Below, piece after piece: positions 28,790 through 37,833 of a DNA stretch of 64,000 bases. The notes under the pieces were generated by a model. It searched no databases, was not told the origin of the DNA, and worked only from the letters and a program-made list of their open reading frames with translations. The stretch spans positions 98,031 through 162,030 of the forward strand of contig JAHHGV010000004.1 of the NCBI GenBank assembly GCA_019359695.1, in the 5' to 3' direction. Within the stretch, counting starts at the first letter, position 1; every line of letters starts with the position of its first letter. This stretch comes from Brasilonema angustatum HA4187-MV1 (lineage in GTDB: Bacteria > Cyanobacteriota > Cyanobacteriia > Cyanobacteriales > Nostocaceae). The position numbers and the translations under genes are program-made.

Positions 28790-29110
28790 ATGAAGAGCTT
28801 AATCCTGATAATTGCGGGAATTGCAGTTGCTGTGGGAATTATCGGTGGTGTATTAATAGTTGGATTAATTTCTCTCCAACGACGACGCCAAGTAGTAGAT
28901 AGCTTGGTACGTAGTGATAATATCATCGGTTGTTTTGGAACGGTAGAAATTCCTTTGAATGACAACAGTCCTGGAAAGGTACGTGTTAATCTTAAAGGTT
29001 CTTTAGTAGATTTTGTTGCCTTTACTGACGAAACTCAACAACTTCATCAAGGTGACCGTGTTGTTGTTGTTAGCATGAAGGGCAATAAAGTATGGGTGGT
29101 ATCTGTGTAG
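28790..29110 (+). CDS. NfeD-like short membrane protein with C-terminal OB-fold (YuaF/YqiJ type)
   Basis: 106 aa. N-terminal TM helix then a beta-rich C-terminus (KVRVNLKGSLVDFVAFTDE...GDRVVVVSMKGNKVWV). Canonical partner of flotillins. Confidence 0.55.
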   Translation: MKSLILIIAGIAVAVGIIGGVLIVGLISLQRRRQVVDSLVRSDNIIGCFGTVEIPLNDNSPGKVRVNLKGSLVDFVAFTDETQQLHQGDRVVVVSMKGNKVWVVSV

Positions 29111-29193
29111 AGAGTGAGGTAACTTGAGGCAAAATAACACAAAAGACCACGCACTAAAAACAACAATTAATCACTAATGACTAACTACTAACT

Positions 29194-30534
29194 ATGAAAT
29201 TTCAGCAAAACATAGCGACGGTGCCAGTAGCACAAATTAATATTGACACACCTACAAACAAGAACAACAATGGTGTTGAAGGATTACTTTTTAGCAGTAT
29301 CCCCATTGCACTTTCTATCTTTAGCGCTGTTATATTTGTATGGTTCGTTAAATCTTTTTTGTGTATCTGCAAACCCAATGAAGTATTGGTTCTTTCTGGA
29401 CGTAGGTGGCGTACTCAGGATGGACAAGAAGTCGGTTATCGAGTGCTATTAGGTGGACGGGCTATTCGTATTCCGATTGTGGAAACTGTTAAGCGTATGG
29501 ATGTCACCACTATGCCGGTACGGGTGGAGGTACGGAATGCTTACGCCAAAGGAGGAACACCTTTAAATATCCAAGCAATTGCCAATGTGAAAATTTCCAC
29601 AGATCCAGGAGTTGTGGGTAATGCTATTGAACGCTTTTTGGATCGCGATCGCTCAGAATTAACTCGTGTTTCTCGCGAAACTCTAGAAGGTTATCTGCGG
29701 GGTGTCGTCGCCACCCTCACACCTGAAGAACTCAATGAAGATCGCCTCAGTTTTGCCCACCGTATCGCCTCTGATGTTAGCCGTGACCTTACAAAACTAG
29801 GATTACAACTCGACACCCTGAAAATTCAAAGTGTTTCTGATGATGTAGATTATCTCAAATCTTGGGGACGCAAGCAAATTGCTCTTGTTGTCAAAAATGC
29901 GGAAATTGCTGAATCAAATGCGATCGCCCAAGCAGAACAAATAGAAGCCCAATGTGAGGAACACGCCCAAGTCGCCAAAACCCAAGACAGAATTATTGTG
30001 CTGGAGAAAGAAAACGAACTCCGCACAATCAAGGCAAAGCTAGGACAAAAAGCCCGCTGTGAAGAAGAAATTACCACAGCTGTTGCTCAAGAAAAGAAGG
30101 CAAAAGCTGAACAAGTTCTGCAAGCATTACGTTCAGAATTAGAACGCTTGCGCTTACAAGCAGATGAAATTCTCCCAGCCCAAGCCGAACGCCAAGCCCA
30201 AGAACTCCGCGCCAGAGGGGAAGCCGCTTCTTTGGAAGAAAATGCTAAAGCCGCAGCTTTAGTAAACGATATTCTCTCCCAAGTTTGGCAGCAAACTGGA
30301 ACAGATGCTTCCAAATTATTCCTAATCCAACAAATTGAAACTGTACTCCAAGAAGCAGTGCAGATTCCCAAGCGTATTCAACTCAAGAAAGTCAACGTGA
30401 TTGACAACGGTGATGGAAAATCTTTAGCCAGCTTAGTCAACGTTTATCCCGAAATTGTATTTCAGTTCCTAGAAAGCGTCAATCAAACCCTTGGTATTGA
30501 TGTCACAGGAACTCTCAATCAAGGAAAGGACTAA
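29194..30534 (+). CDS. Flotillin-like SPFH/band-7 protein (FloT/YuaG-like)
   Basis: N-terminal TM, SPFH core (EVLVLSGRRW...GYRVLLGGRAIRIPIVETVKRMDV...RNAYAKGGTPLNIQAIANVKI), then a long EA-rich coiled-coil flotillin tail. Confidence 0.75.
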   Translation: MKFQQNIATVPVAQINIDTPTNKNNNGVEGLLFSSIPIALSIFSAVIFVWFVKSFLCICKPNEVLVLSGRRWRTQDGQEVGYRVLLGGRAIRIPIVETVKRMDVTTMPVRVEVRNAYAKGGTPLNIQAIANVKISTDPGVVGNAIERFLDRDRSELTRVSRETLEGYLRGVVATLTPEELNEDRLSFAHRIASDVSRDLTKLGLQLDTLKIQSVSDDVDYLKSWGRKQIALVVKNAEIAESNAIAQAEQIEAQCEEHAQVAKTQDRIIVLEKENELRTIKAKLGQKARCEEEITTAVAQEKKAKAEQVLQALRSELERLRLQADEILPAQAERQAQELRARGEAASLEENAKAAALVNDILSQVWQQTGTDASKLFLIQQIETVLQEAVQIPKRIQLKKVNVIDNGDGKSLASLVNVYPEIVFQFLESVNQTLGIDVTGTLNQGKD

Positions 30535-30576
30535 GGTTTTAAGTCACTCACTATTTCCAAACTCCCGAGGTTTTTT

Positions 30577-31287
30577 ATGAACACCTTAAAAACTTTTGCT
30601 ATTACCATGATTGCGGTGACTTTGGGAACGCAGAACCCATCTGCAGCATTGGTTAACAAACCAGTATCCCATCATAATGTAGTGTTTATAGCACCTAACC
30701 AGCCAGATCTCATTGCCAACGATGTTACTTATTCCACAGCACAGGGCGATACTCAAATTTGGATGCCAGGGCGTATAACCGAGAAGAAACCCCAACAATT
30801 AAGTTCTGAAAGTCCAACAACTAAAACGGTATATTTCATCCTCTACGTAGACTTACCTAAAGAAACTGAATATCTATCTACTTTAGGGCTTCGGAAAATT
30901 ATGCAAGATGAATTCCGAAAGAAATTCTCTGGTAAACAAGAGTTGTCTGGTAAAGTCGTTCGGAGTACCGATCTTGTGATTGAGGGGTATCCTGGTACAG
31001 AGTTTGTGGTGCAACATTCTAATGGAGCCTTTGGACAATATCAGTCTTTTATAGTTAAACGACGCATGTACTTTCTTGGAGCTGTAGCACCTGGTGAATT
31101 AACTACAGAAACAGCTAATTTCTTCGATTCTTTCCGAGTATATCCAGAGCAGATTCGTTATCCCGTTGAACGCACCCCAGCGAAACAAGTTATGGGTAAA
31201 GTCCCCCAACTCACATCTTTTGGGTACAAAAGCAAAGGAACGACAATTCCTGAAATGAGTGATTGCCTACGGCAGAGCTACGCTTAA
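30577..31287 (+). CDS. Secreted hypothetical protein (signal peptide) wedged between the two flotillin genes
   Basis: MNTLKTFAITMIAVTLGTQNPSAA signal peptide. No recognisable domain. Confidence 0.5.
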   Translation: MNTLKTFAITMIAVTLGTQNPSAALVNKPVSHHNVVFIAPNQPDLIANDVTYSTAQGDTQIWMPGRITEKKPQQLSSESPTTKTVYFILYVDLPKETEYLSTLGLRKIMQDEFRKKFSGKQELSGKVVRSTDLVIEGYPGTEFVVQHSNGAFGQYQSFIVKRRMYFLGAVAPGELTTETANFFDSFRVYPEQIRYPVERTPAKQVMGKVPQLTSFGYKSKGTTIPEMSDCLRQSYA

Positions 31288-31364
31288 CGCCTACCCAAAG
31301 CTAATGACGTTAATTAACCTGTTTTAATGTTCTACAAATTACACTTGAATTCTGGAGAAAGATT

Positions 31365-32636
31365 ATGGAAATAATCGCTTTACTACTGGGAATTTTTGGT
31401 ACTGGAACTGCCGCCGGTTGGTGGGTGATTCGTAACTTATACTATATTTGTCAACCAAGTGAAGTACTCATCTTCGCTGGCAGTCGCACTTCTCTTGGTG
31501 ATGGGAGTTCGGTTGGATACCGTTTAGTGAAAGGAGGTAGTAGGATTCAAACCCCGCTATTAGAGAAAACTTTCCGCATGGATTTGACAAACATGATTAT
31601 TGAGTTGCGAGTATCGAATGCATACTCAAAAGGCGGAATTCCCCTGACAGTTGAAGGAGTCGCAAATATCAAAATTGCTGGAGAAGAACCGACAATTTAC
31701 AATGCAATTGAGCGACTCTTGGGTAAAAGCCGCAAAGATATCGAACAGTTGGCAAAGGAGACGTTAGAGGGAAATCTGCGAGGAGTATTGGCAAACCTGA
31801 CGCCAGAACAGGTAAACGAAGATAAAATAGCCTTCGCCAAAACCCTGCTTGAAGAAGCTGAAGACGATTTGGAAAAGCTGGGATTGGTACTAGACAACTT
31901 GCAAATTAAGAATATCTTCGATGAGGTGCGCTATCTTGATTCAATTGGACGCAAGCAGCAGGCAGAATTGTTGCGAGATGCGCGTATAGGAGAAGCCCAA
32001 GCTAAAGCCGAGGCAATAATTAAAGTTTCAGAAAATAACCGTATTACCAAACTCAAACAAATTGAACGGGATTTAGAAATTGCTAAAGCAGACGCAGAAC
32101 GCAGAGTTAAAGACGCGCTGACAAAGCGGACTGCTATGATCGCAGAGGTAGAAGCGGTTGTTAATGCCCAAGTAGCAAAGGTGCAGGCAGAAGTTGGGGT
32201 GCAAACCGAACGCATCAAACAGGTTGAAAATCAGTTACAAGCTGATGTGGTTGCACCAGCAGAAGCAGAATCCCAACGGGCGATCGCCAAAGCAAAAGGA
32301 GATGCAGCCCGCATTGTTGAACAGGGTAAAGCCCAAGCAGCCGGGACGCAGTATCTAGCCGAATCTTGGCAAAACGCTGGTGCATCTGCCCGAGAAATCT
32401 TCATCTTCCAAAAATTAGAACCATTGTTGCGAATGTTGGCTGCAGGAGTCCCAGAGGTACAGGTAGACAATTTGACTGTCATTGATGCTACAAATGGTGG
32501 TAGTGTTCCCAAAATGGCGTCATTCTTAGAGCAGTTACGGCAGACAACTGGTGTCGATGTTACAAAGGTTATCAATCAATTTAAGTCTGAAGACAAAAAT
32601 AGCAAGTACGAAATCAGATCACATCTGGAAAAGTAG
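31365..32636 (+). CDS. Flotillin-like SPFH/band-7 protein, second paralogue
   Basis: Same architecture as 29194-30534 (EVLIFAGSRT...GYRLVKGGSRIQTPLLEKTFRMDL...SNAYSKGGIPLTVEGVANIKI). Confidence 0.75.
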   Translation: MEIIALLLGIFGTGTAAGWWVIRNLYYICQPSEVLIFAGSRTSLGDGSSVGYRLVKGGSRIQTPLLEKTFRMDLTNMIIELRVSNAYSKGGIPLTVEGVANIKIAGEEPTIYNAIERLLGKSRKDIEQLAKETLEGNLRGVLANLTPEQVNEDKIAFAKTLLEEAEDDLEKLGLVLDNLQIKNIFDEVRYLDSIGRKQQAELLRDARIGEAQAKAEAIIKVSENNRITKLKQIERDLEIAKADAERRVKDALTKRTAMIAEVEAVVNAQVAKVQAEVGVQTERIKQVENQLQADVVAPAEAESQRAIAKAKGDAARIVEQGKAQAAGTQYLAESWQNAGASAREIFIFQKLEPLLRMLAAGVPEVQVDNLTVIDATNGGSVPKMASFLEQLRQTTGVDVTKVINQFKSEDKNSKYEIRSHLEK

Positions 32637-32660
32637 CCATAAGACTTGTAGGGGTAAGTT

Positions 32661-33383
32661 ATGCCAAGACTATTGCCAGGTAACCCTGAACAATCAAATC
32701 AGACTGACGATGACAGTATGGATGAATTAGAAGTACAAATCCTTCAACTTGTGAAACAAACCTGTCAGCATCCGAGAGGTAGTATTGAACGTCAAAAAGG
32801 ATTGCACAAACTTTTTTTACTAATTCAAAAAACAGGTAAACTGTTGCGGGGTACGGGCGTACCTGATGCGGAGGAAGCACTACAAAAAACCTGGCTATAT
32901 TTTTGCTGCAATCTTTGTGAGGCTTCTACCGCCAAGAATCCCTACAATCCAGAAAAAGGTAGTATCATAACATGGCTCAACGGGTATTTGAAGTACAGGT
33001 TAGAAGATAGTCGTAGGGTTGGTAGTAATAATACAATTCATCCCATACAAGATCAAAATGGTGAAGAGCTAGATCCAGTAAATTTAATTCCAGCACGATC
33101 GCAAGCACCACCCATATTACAAGAAATCCAGGAATGGTTAAAAAAAGAAGCCAATAATTTGCGTCGCATCCACGTACAAAATCGTCCAGATATCAACTGT
33201 CTAGTTTTGATAGAACGTCGCTTACCACCCGAAACTCCCTGGCAAGATTTATCTCAAGAGTTCGGCGTATCCATATCCACCCTCAGCAGGTTCTATCAAC
33301 GTGAGTGTTTTCCCCGCCTTCTCAATTTTGGCAAATCCCAAGGTTATTTTGACAGCGAAGGTTATTTTAATATCGAGTCCTAA
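32661..33383 (+). CDS. Sigma-70-family-like protein with a region-4-type HTH at the C-terminus
   Basis: CLVLIERRLPPETPWQDLSQEFGVSISTLSRFYQRECFPRL reads as a sigma region 4. The N-terminal part is only weakly region-2-like. Confidence 0.4.
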   Translation: MPRLLPGNPEQSNQTDDDSMDELEVQILQLVKQTCQHPRGSIERQKGLHKLFLLIQKTGKLLRGTGVPDAEEALQKTWLYFCCNLCEASTAKNPYNPEKGSIITWLNGYLKYRLEDSRRVGSNNTIHPIQDQNGEELDPVNLIPARSQAPPILQEIQEWLKKEANNLRRIHVQNRPDINCLVLIERRLPPETPWQDLSQEFGVSISTLSRFYQRECFPRLLNFGKSQGYFDSEGYFNIES

Positions 33384-33400
33384 TTTTTGAATTAACGGCT

Positions 33401-34558
33401 ATGAGTTACTCCACCCAACAGCAAATCATCTCTATTCCCATTCCGGCGAAATTTCGAGAAACTGCTCTGGAATTTGCCCAAGAACAACCAACTCAACAAA
33501 AAGCTAAACAAGTGTATGTAAATACTCTAGCTGTACTAGTGGTCAAGAGCTACTTAGAAATGCTGGATATTCCGACTGAATTAGAAGCCAGTTATAGCTG
33601 GAATCAATACGGGCGCTTGATGGCAGATGTTGCAGATTTATTGCTTACCGGAGTAGGACGTTTAGAATGTAGAGCAATCAGGACAGGCGATCGCCTTTGT
33701 TATGTTCCTCCTGATGTTTGGGACAATCGTATTGGTTATGTTGTTGTAGAACTAAATCAAACCTGTAAAGAAGGAAAAATCAGGGGATTTTTACCTGATA
33801 TTCAAACATCACAAATTGACATTGAAGAGTTGCAACCATTGGAAAGATTAATAGAATCTTCCCATCTTGTGCATTTGCGGCAATGGCTAGAAGGTATCTA
33901 CAAATCCCAATGGCAAAGTATTGAAGAATTATCCTGTCAAAGAAGTCCTCAAGTAGCCTTTCGTTTTAGACGGACAGGAGGATTTCAGTTAAATACATCA
34001 CAAGAAGTATGGAAAGTAATTGATCAATTATATCCCCATCGCAGTTGGGAAAACAACTTACCATTAGAACTTTTAGAAAAAATGTCTGGTAATCAAGTTG
34101 AAGACGTAGAATCACCTGAGGATAACATTAACTCTGTTAGTGTTACCGATGTACTTGCTCAGCTTTTAAGAACAAGCGAAGATGAAGAAAAGCGTTGGAA
34201 GCTTGCAGAAACTTTGTGGACGATAGAACCAAAGCACTCTGCTATCAGTGCTAGACGCATCATGGATTTAGGGATGCAACTCGCCAATAATCCAGTGGCT
34301 TTAATGGTAGCAATTTTATCTAAACCTGACAAAACTGTTGCTGTTCTGTTGCGAGTATATCCGATAGGAAACCAGCCCTACCTACCACCAAACTTGCAAT
34401 TAGCTGGATTGTATGAAAATGGACAGCCGTTTCTTGAAGTCAAAGCCAGAGAAGTTGATAATTACATCCAATTAAAATTTTGTGCAGAATTCGGTGAAAG
34501 ATTCGGAGTTCAGGTTAGTATAAATAATGCAAGCATTACGGAACACTTTATCATTTAG
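33401..34558 (+). CDS. DUF1822-like cyanobacterial protein
   Basis: 385 aa. The family name is from memory of cyanobacterial sigma-70/DUF1822/CHAT gene trios. No catalytic motif seen. Confidence 0.35.
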   Translation: MSYSTQQQIISIPIPAKFRETALEFAQEQPTQQKAKQVYVNTLAVLVVKSYLEMLDIPTELEASYSWNQYGRLMADVADLLLTGVGRLECRAIRTGDRLCYVPPDVWDNRIGYVVVELNQTCKEGKIRGFLPDIQTSQIDIEELQPLERLIESSHLVHLRQWLEGIYKSQWQSIEELSCQRSPQVAFRFRRTGGFQLNTSQEVWKVIDQLYPHRSWENNLPLELLEKMSGNQVEDVESPEDNINSVSVTDVLAQLLRTSEDEEKRWKLAETLWTIEPKHSAISARRIMDLGMQLANNPVALMVAILSKPDKTVAVLLRVYPIGNQPYLPPNLQLAGLYENGQPFLEVKAREVDNYIQLKFCAEFGERFGVQVSINNASITEHFII

Positions 34559-34586
34559 CTAAGTCAATGAGTACAGGGTAAGAAAA

Positions 34587-37097
34587 GTGGACATGCGGGT
34601 TATCTTCGGGATTGAACAAGGCAGTTTTGAGAAAGGATTTCCTGTCAGAGTTAGAATTGGCGAAGAAGGTAGACCTGATTATGACGAATTTTCTGGTAGG
34701 TTACCGCCCGCATTGGCAGTTAAGGAAAACTACGAAAATTGGCAAAGAATTTATCGTAACTTACCAGCCAATTGGTTAATCACCCTTCCTGAGAGTCAAA
34801 TAACAAATGTATCTACTTTAGAAGATTGTAATCAAGCTGCTCAAAAGTTTCAATCCAGTTTCAACGAATGGTTAAATCAACCATCAGTACGAAAATTAGA
34901 GCGACAATTTTTACTAAAAATTGGTAATTTACAGGATGTGCGCTTTATTTTGCAAACGCAAGAATCTTTGCTACAGCGACTTCCTTGGCATTTATGGGAT
35001 CTTTTCAGTCATCCCAAACCGGAAATTATAGTAAGTTCGGAGTACGAACCATCTAAAAAGAAGTTAAAAACTCCTGTTAAAATCCTCGCCGTTTTGGGCG
35101 ACAATCAAGGTATCAATATTACACAAGATTTGTCAGCCCTAGAAAACAATTTACCAGGCGCAATAATTGAATCGTTAATAGAACCATCATCTCAAGAACT
35201 GAGAGATAAATTATGGACGAAATCTTGGGATATTTTATTTTTTGCCGGACACAGTTGTAGCCAACAAGATGATAGTTCGGGAGAGATTAAAATTAATGCC
35301 AACGAGAGTTTACCGTTGGAACATCTACGCCATAGTCTCAGACATGCTGTCCAAAAAGGATTAAAACTAGCAATTTTTAACTCTTGCGATGGACTTGGAC
35401 TGGCACGTAATTTGGCTGATGCACGCATTCCCTATACAATTGTCATGCGCGAGCCTGTTCCCGATATAGTAGCACAACATTTTTTGGAATATTTTCTCAC
35501 GGCATTTGCGGCTGGTGAATCTCTATATGCATCTGTACAACAAGCTCGTGCACGCTTGCAAGAAGAATGGGAAAATCAGTATCCTTGTGCTTCGTGGCTA
35601 CCCGTTATTTATCAAAATACCGCAGCAGCAGAACTGAAATATCCCCGACAGCATCAACAGCAAAGTTGGAAAAAAGTTGCTTTGCAAACAGCTATTGTTG
35701 TCGGTGCAATAGCAAGTTTTGGTGTTATTTCATGGCGTGTTATTGATGAATTTCAATCCCGTGCTCGGTTTAGTTCTGGCGATAAAATATTAGTGAGGAC
35801 ATTCACAACTTCCTATAAAAAAGAGGGCGTACAGGCGTTTCGACAGGAAAATTACAACCTAGCAATCAGTAAGTTTGAAAAGTCTTTGCGGCAGTATCCT
35901 AACGATCCAGAAACGTTGATATATCTAAATAATGCCAAGATTGCTCAAAAACCAGCACTGACAATTGGTGTTCCCGTTCCCATTGCCACTAACCCCAATG
36001 TTGCCCAAGAAATTCTCCGGGGAGTGGCACAAGCTCAACAAGAGATAAATCATCAAGGTGGTATGAATGGGAAGTTATTGAAAGTTGAAATCGCAAACGA
36101 TGATAACAATCCTGCTATTGCTGTAAAGGTTGCTGATAGATTTGTGCAAGAAAAAGATATATTAGCAGTTGTTGGGCATAACAGCAGCGATGCTAGCCTT
36201 CCAGCCTCTGAGAAATATCAGGCGGGAAAATTGGTGATGATTTCACCAACCAGTAGTTCCACAAGATTAACAGATCGCTCAGATCGCACCGACGGTAACT
36301 ATATCTATCGGACAGTTATCAGCTTTACGACAATTGCAGATGCTCTGGCGCAATATACTAAAACTACTGGCAAAAACAGAATTGGTACCTGTAATGATTC
36401 TAACGCAGCAGACCAGTCATTTAAAAATGATTTTGAGAAGGCAATTGAGCAAAAAAAAATTCAATTAATTAATATTGATTGCGATTTTGCGTCCAAGAAT
36501 TTCCAGCCAAAAACTATTATAAAAAATGCAAAAGAACAAGGTGTAAATGCCATACTTCTGAACCCTCAAGTAAACAGAATGGATAGAGCGATTGCCGTAG
36601 GCAGAGCTACGCTTAACGCACTCGCCAAAGCAAATCAAGGTCAAATTACGTTATTAGGAAACCCCAGTTTACAAACCAAAGATACTCTGGCTGCTGGCGA
36701 TGCTGTTAACGGGATGGTGATAGCAGTTCCTTGGGACGCCACCCTCTCCCCCGACAAAAACTTTGTCCAAAATGCATACAAATTATGGGGTGATACAGAC
36801 TTAGTTACCTGGCGTACAGCTACCGCCTTTGATGCTACCAAAGTCATTGCAGCAGCACTTAAACAAAAGGATACTAGAGACGGAGTACAACAAGCGTTAT
36901 CTGGTACTTTTTCCCTACAGGGAGCAACAGGTGCAATTAAGTTTTTACCTTCAGGCGATCGCGTTGATAATGCTGTATTAATACAAGTCAAACCCAATCC
37001 CAAAGCTTCCACTGGCTACAGCTTTGAACCAATAAAACCCTATGCAAAGCCGCATCAGTCTAGGGGACAAAATTTTAGTTCAAGACAACCTCAGTAA
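34587..37097 (+). CDS. CHAT protease domain - TM helix - TPR-like linker - periplasmic LivJ-type ligand-binding domain fusion protein
   Basis: Caspase-like His/Cys dyad context (ILFFAGHS ... LAIFNSCDGLG). TM VALQTAIVVGAIASFGVISW. C-terminal type-I PBP block (ALTIGVPVPIATNP...ILAVVGHNSSDASLP...KLVMISPTSSS). Confidence 0.65.
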   Translation: MDMRVIFGIEQGSFEKGFPVRVRIGEEGRPDYDEFSGRLPPALAVKENYENWQRIYRNLPANWLITLPESQITNVSTLEDCNQAAQKFQSSFNEWLNQPSVRKLERQFLLKIGNLQDVRFILQTQESLLQRLPWHLWDLFSHPKPEIIVSSEYEPSKKKLKTPVKILAVLGDNQGINITQDLSALENNLPGAIIESLIEPSSQELRDKLWTKSWDILFFAGHSCSQQDDSSGEIKINANESLPLEHLRHSLRHAVQKGLKLAIFNSCDGLGLARNLADARIPYTIVMREPVPDIVAQHFLEYFLTAFAAGESLYASVQQARARLQEEWENQYPCASWLPVIYQNTAAAELKYPRQHQQQSWKKVALQTAIVVGAIASFGVISWRVIDEFQSRARFSSGDKILVRTFTTSYKKEGVQAFRQENYNLAISKFEKSLRQYPNDPETLIYLNNAKIAQKPALTIGVPVPIATNPNVAQEILRGVAQAQQEINHQGGMNGKLLKVEIANDDNNPAIAVKVADRFVQEKDILAVVGHNSSDASLPASEKYQAGKLVMISPTSSSTRLTDRSDRTDGNYIYRTVISFTTIADALAQYTKTTGKNRIGTCNDSNAADQSFKNDFEKAIEQKKIQLINIDCDFASKNFQPKTIIKNAKEQGVNAILLNPQVNRMDRAIAVGRATLNALAKANQGQITLLGNPSLQTKDTLAAGDAVNGMVIAVPWDATLSPDKNFVQNAYKLWGDTDLVTWRTATAFDATKVIAAALKQKDTRDGVQQALSGTFSLQGATGAIKFLPSGDRVDNAVLIQVKPNPKASTGYSFEPIKPYAKPHQSRGQNFSSRQPQ

Positions 37098-37137
37098 CGA
37101 GAAACAATTGGGCGTGCAAGCTTTTGCAGCTGGAAAT
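36952..37137 (+). repeat. Direct repeat copy 1 (covers the last 146 nt of the CHAT-PBP gene plus 40 nt downstream)
   Basis: About 90% identical to 39605-39789. Confidence 0.7.
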
Positions 37138-37149
37138 TATGATCAGGCG

Positions 37150-37560
37150 ATAGCTAGCCCCTAAGGGGGCGCTGCGCAAACGCTGCTGCGCTCCGCGCAG
37201 ATCGCACATTTTCAAGCATCTGTATGATGGGCGATTGCGCAGAGCGCAGACGCAATCATGCGTATCGCACTTGTTGACCCCATACCAAAGGATACCGAAG
37301 GGAGCTACCCCTTTTCAGTCAGCTTCCTACCGACTGACTGCGTACTCTACTTGCTTCAGCCAGGATTTTGCTATCCGGTTAGCTGCTCAAAAGGTACTCA
37401 TACCAATTGTCCATGATAGTTTGCGCGGCGTAGCCATAGATGCACTTAATATTTATGAAACGAACCGCCTTAGCGCAGCGTGTCCGCAGGACATAGACGA
37501 GCCAGCGCCGTGGGCAAGTCTCCCGACTTGAGGCGACTGGCGTCGCCAAGGACGCCAAGA
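37150..37560. repeat. GC-rich SDR/MITE-like repeat cluster (GCTAGCCCCTAAGGGGGC core, GCGCAG-rich arms, ggcgactggcgtcgcc palindrome)
   Basis: Read directly. ORF 37235-37531 lies inside it and is treated as spurious. Confidence 0.45.
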
Positions 37561-37833
37561 ATTAAAGAGTAAGTATTAAGTGCAAGTTTACAGAGAAATG
37601 GTATCAATCAGTTCATCGGGCTCATTGACAAGTTTGGCATAAATGATTTCCGAATTTGCCAACAGTGTCTGGGCTATTTTTACCCCATTAGCGACAATGA
37701 GTGACTACTTCAATTGCGTGGGTGCGGCTATACCCCGTGGTAAGTGCATAAGTTAATTTCACTTACACCTAATAAAGAATCAAAGGGTATCTATTATCCT
37801 TACTCAAACTCAACCTTCATTAAGGAACATTAT

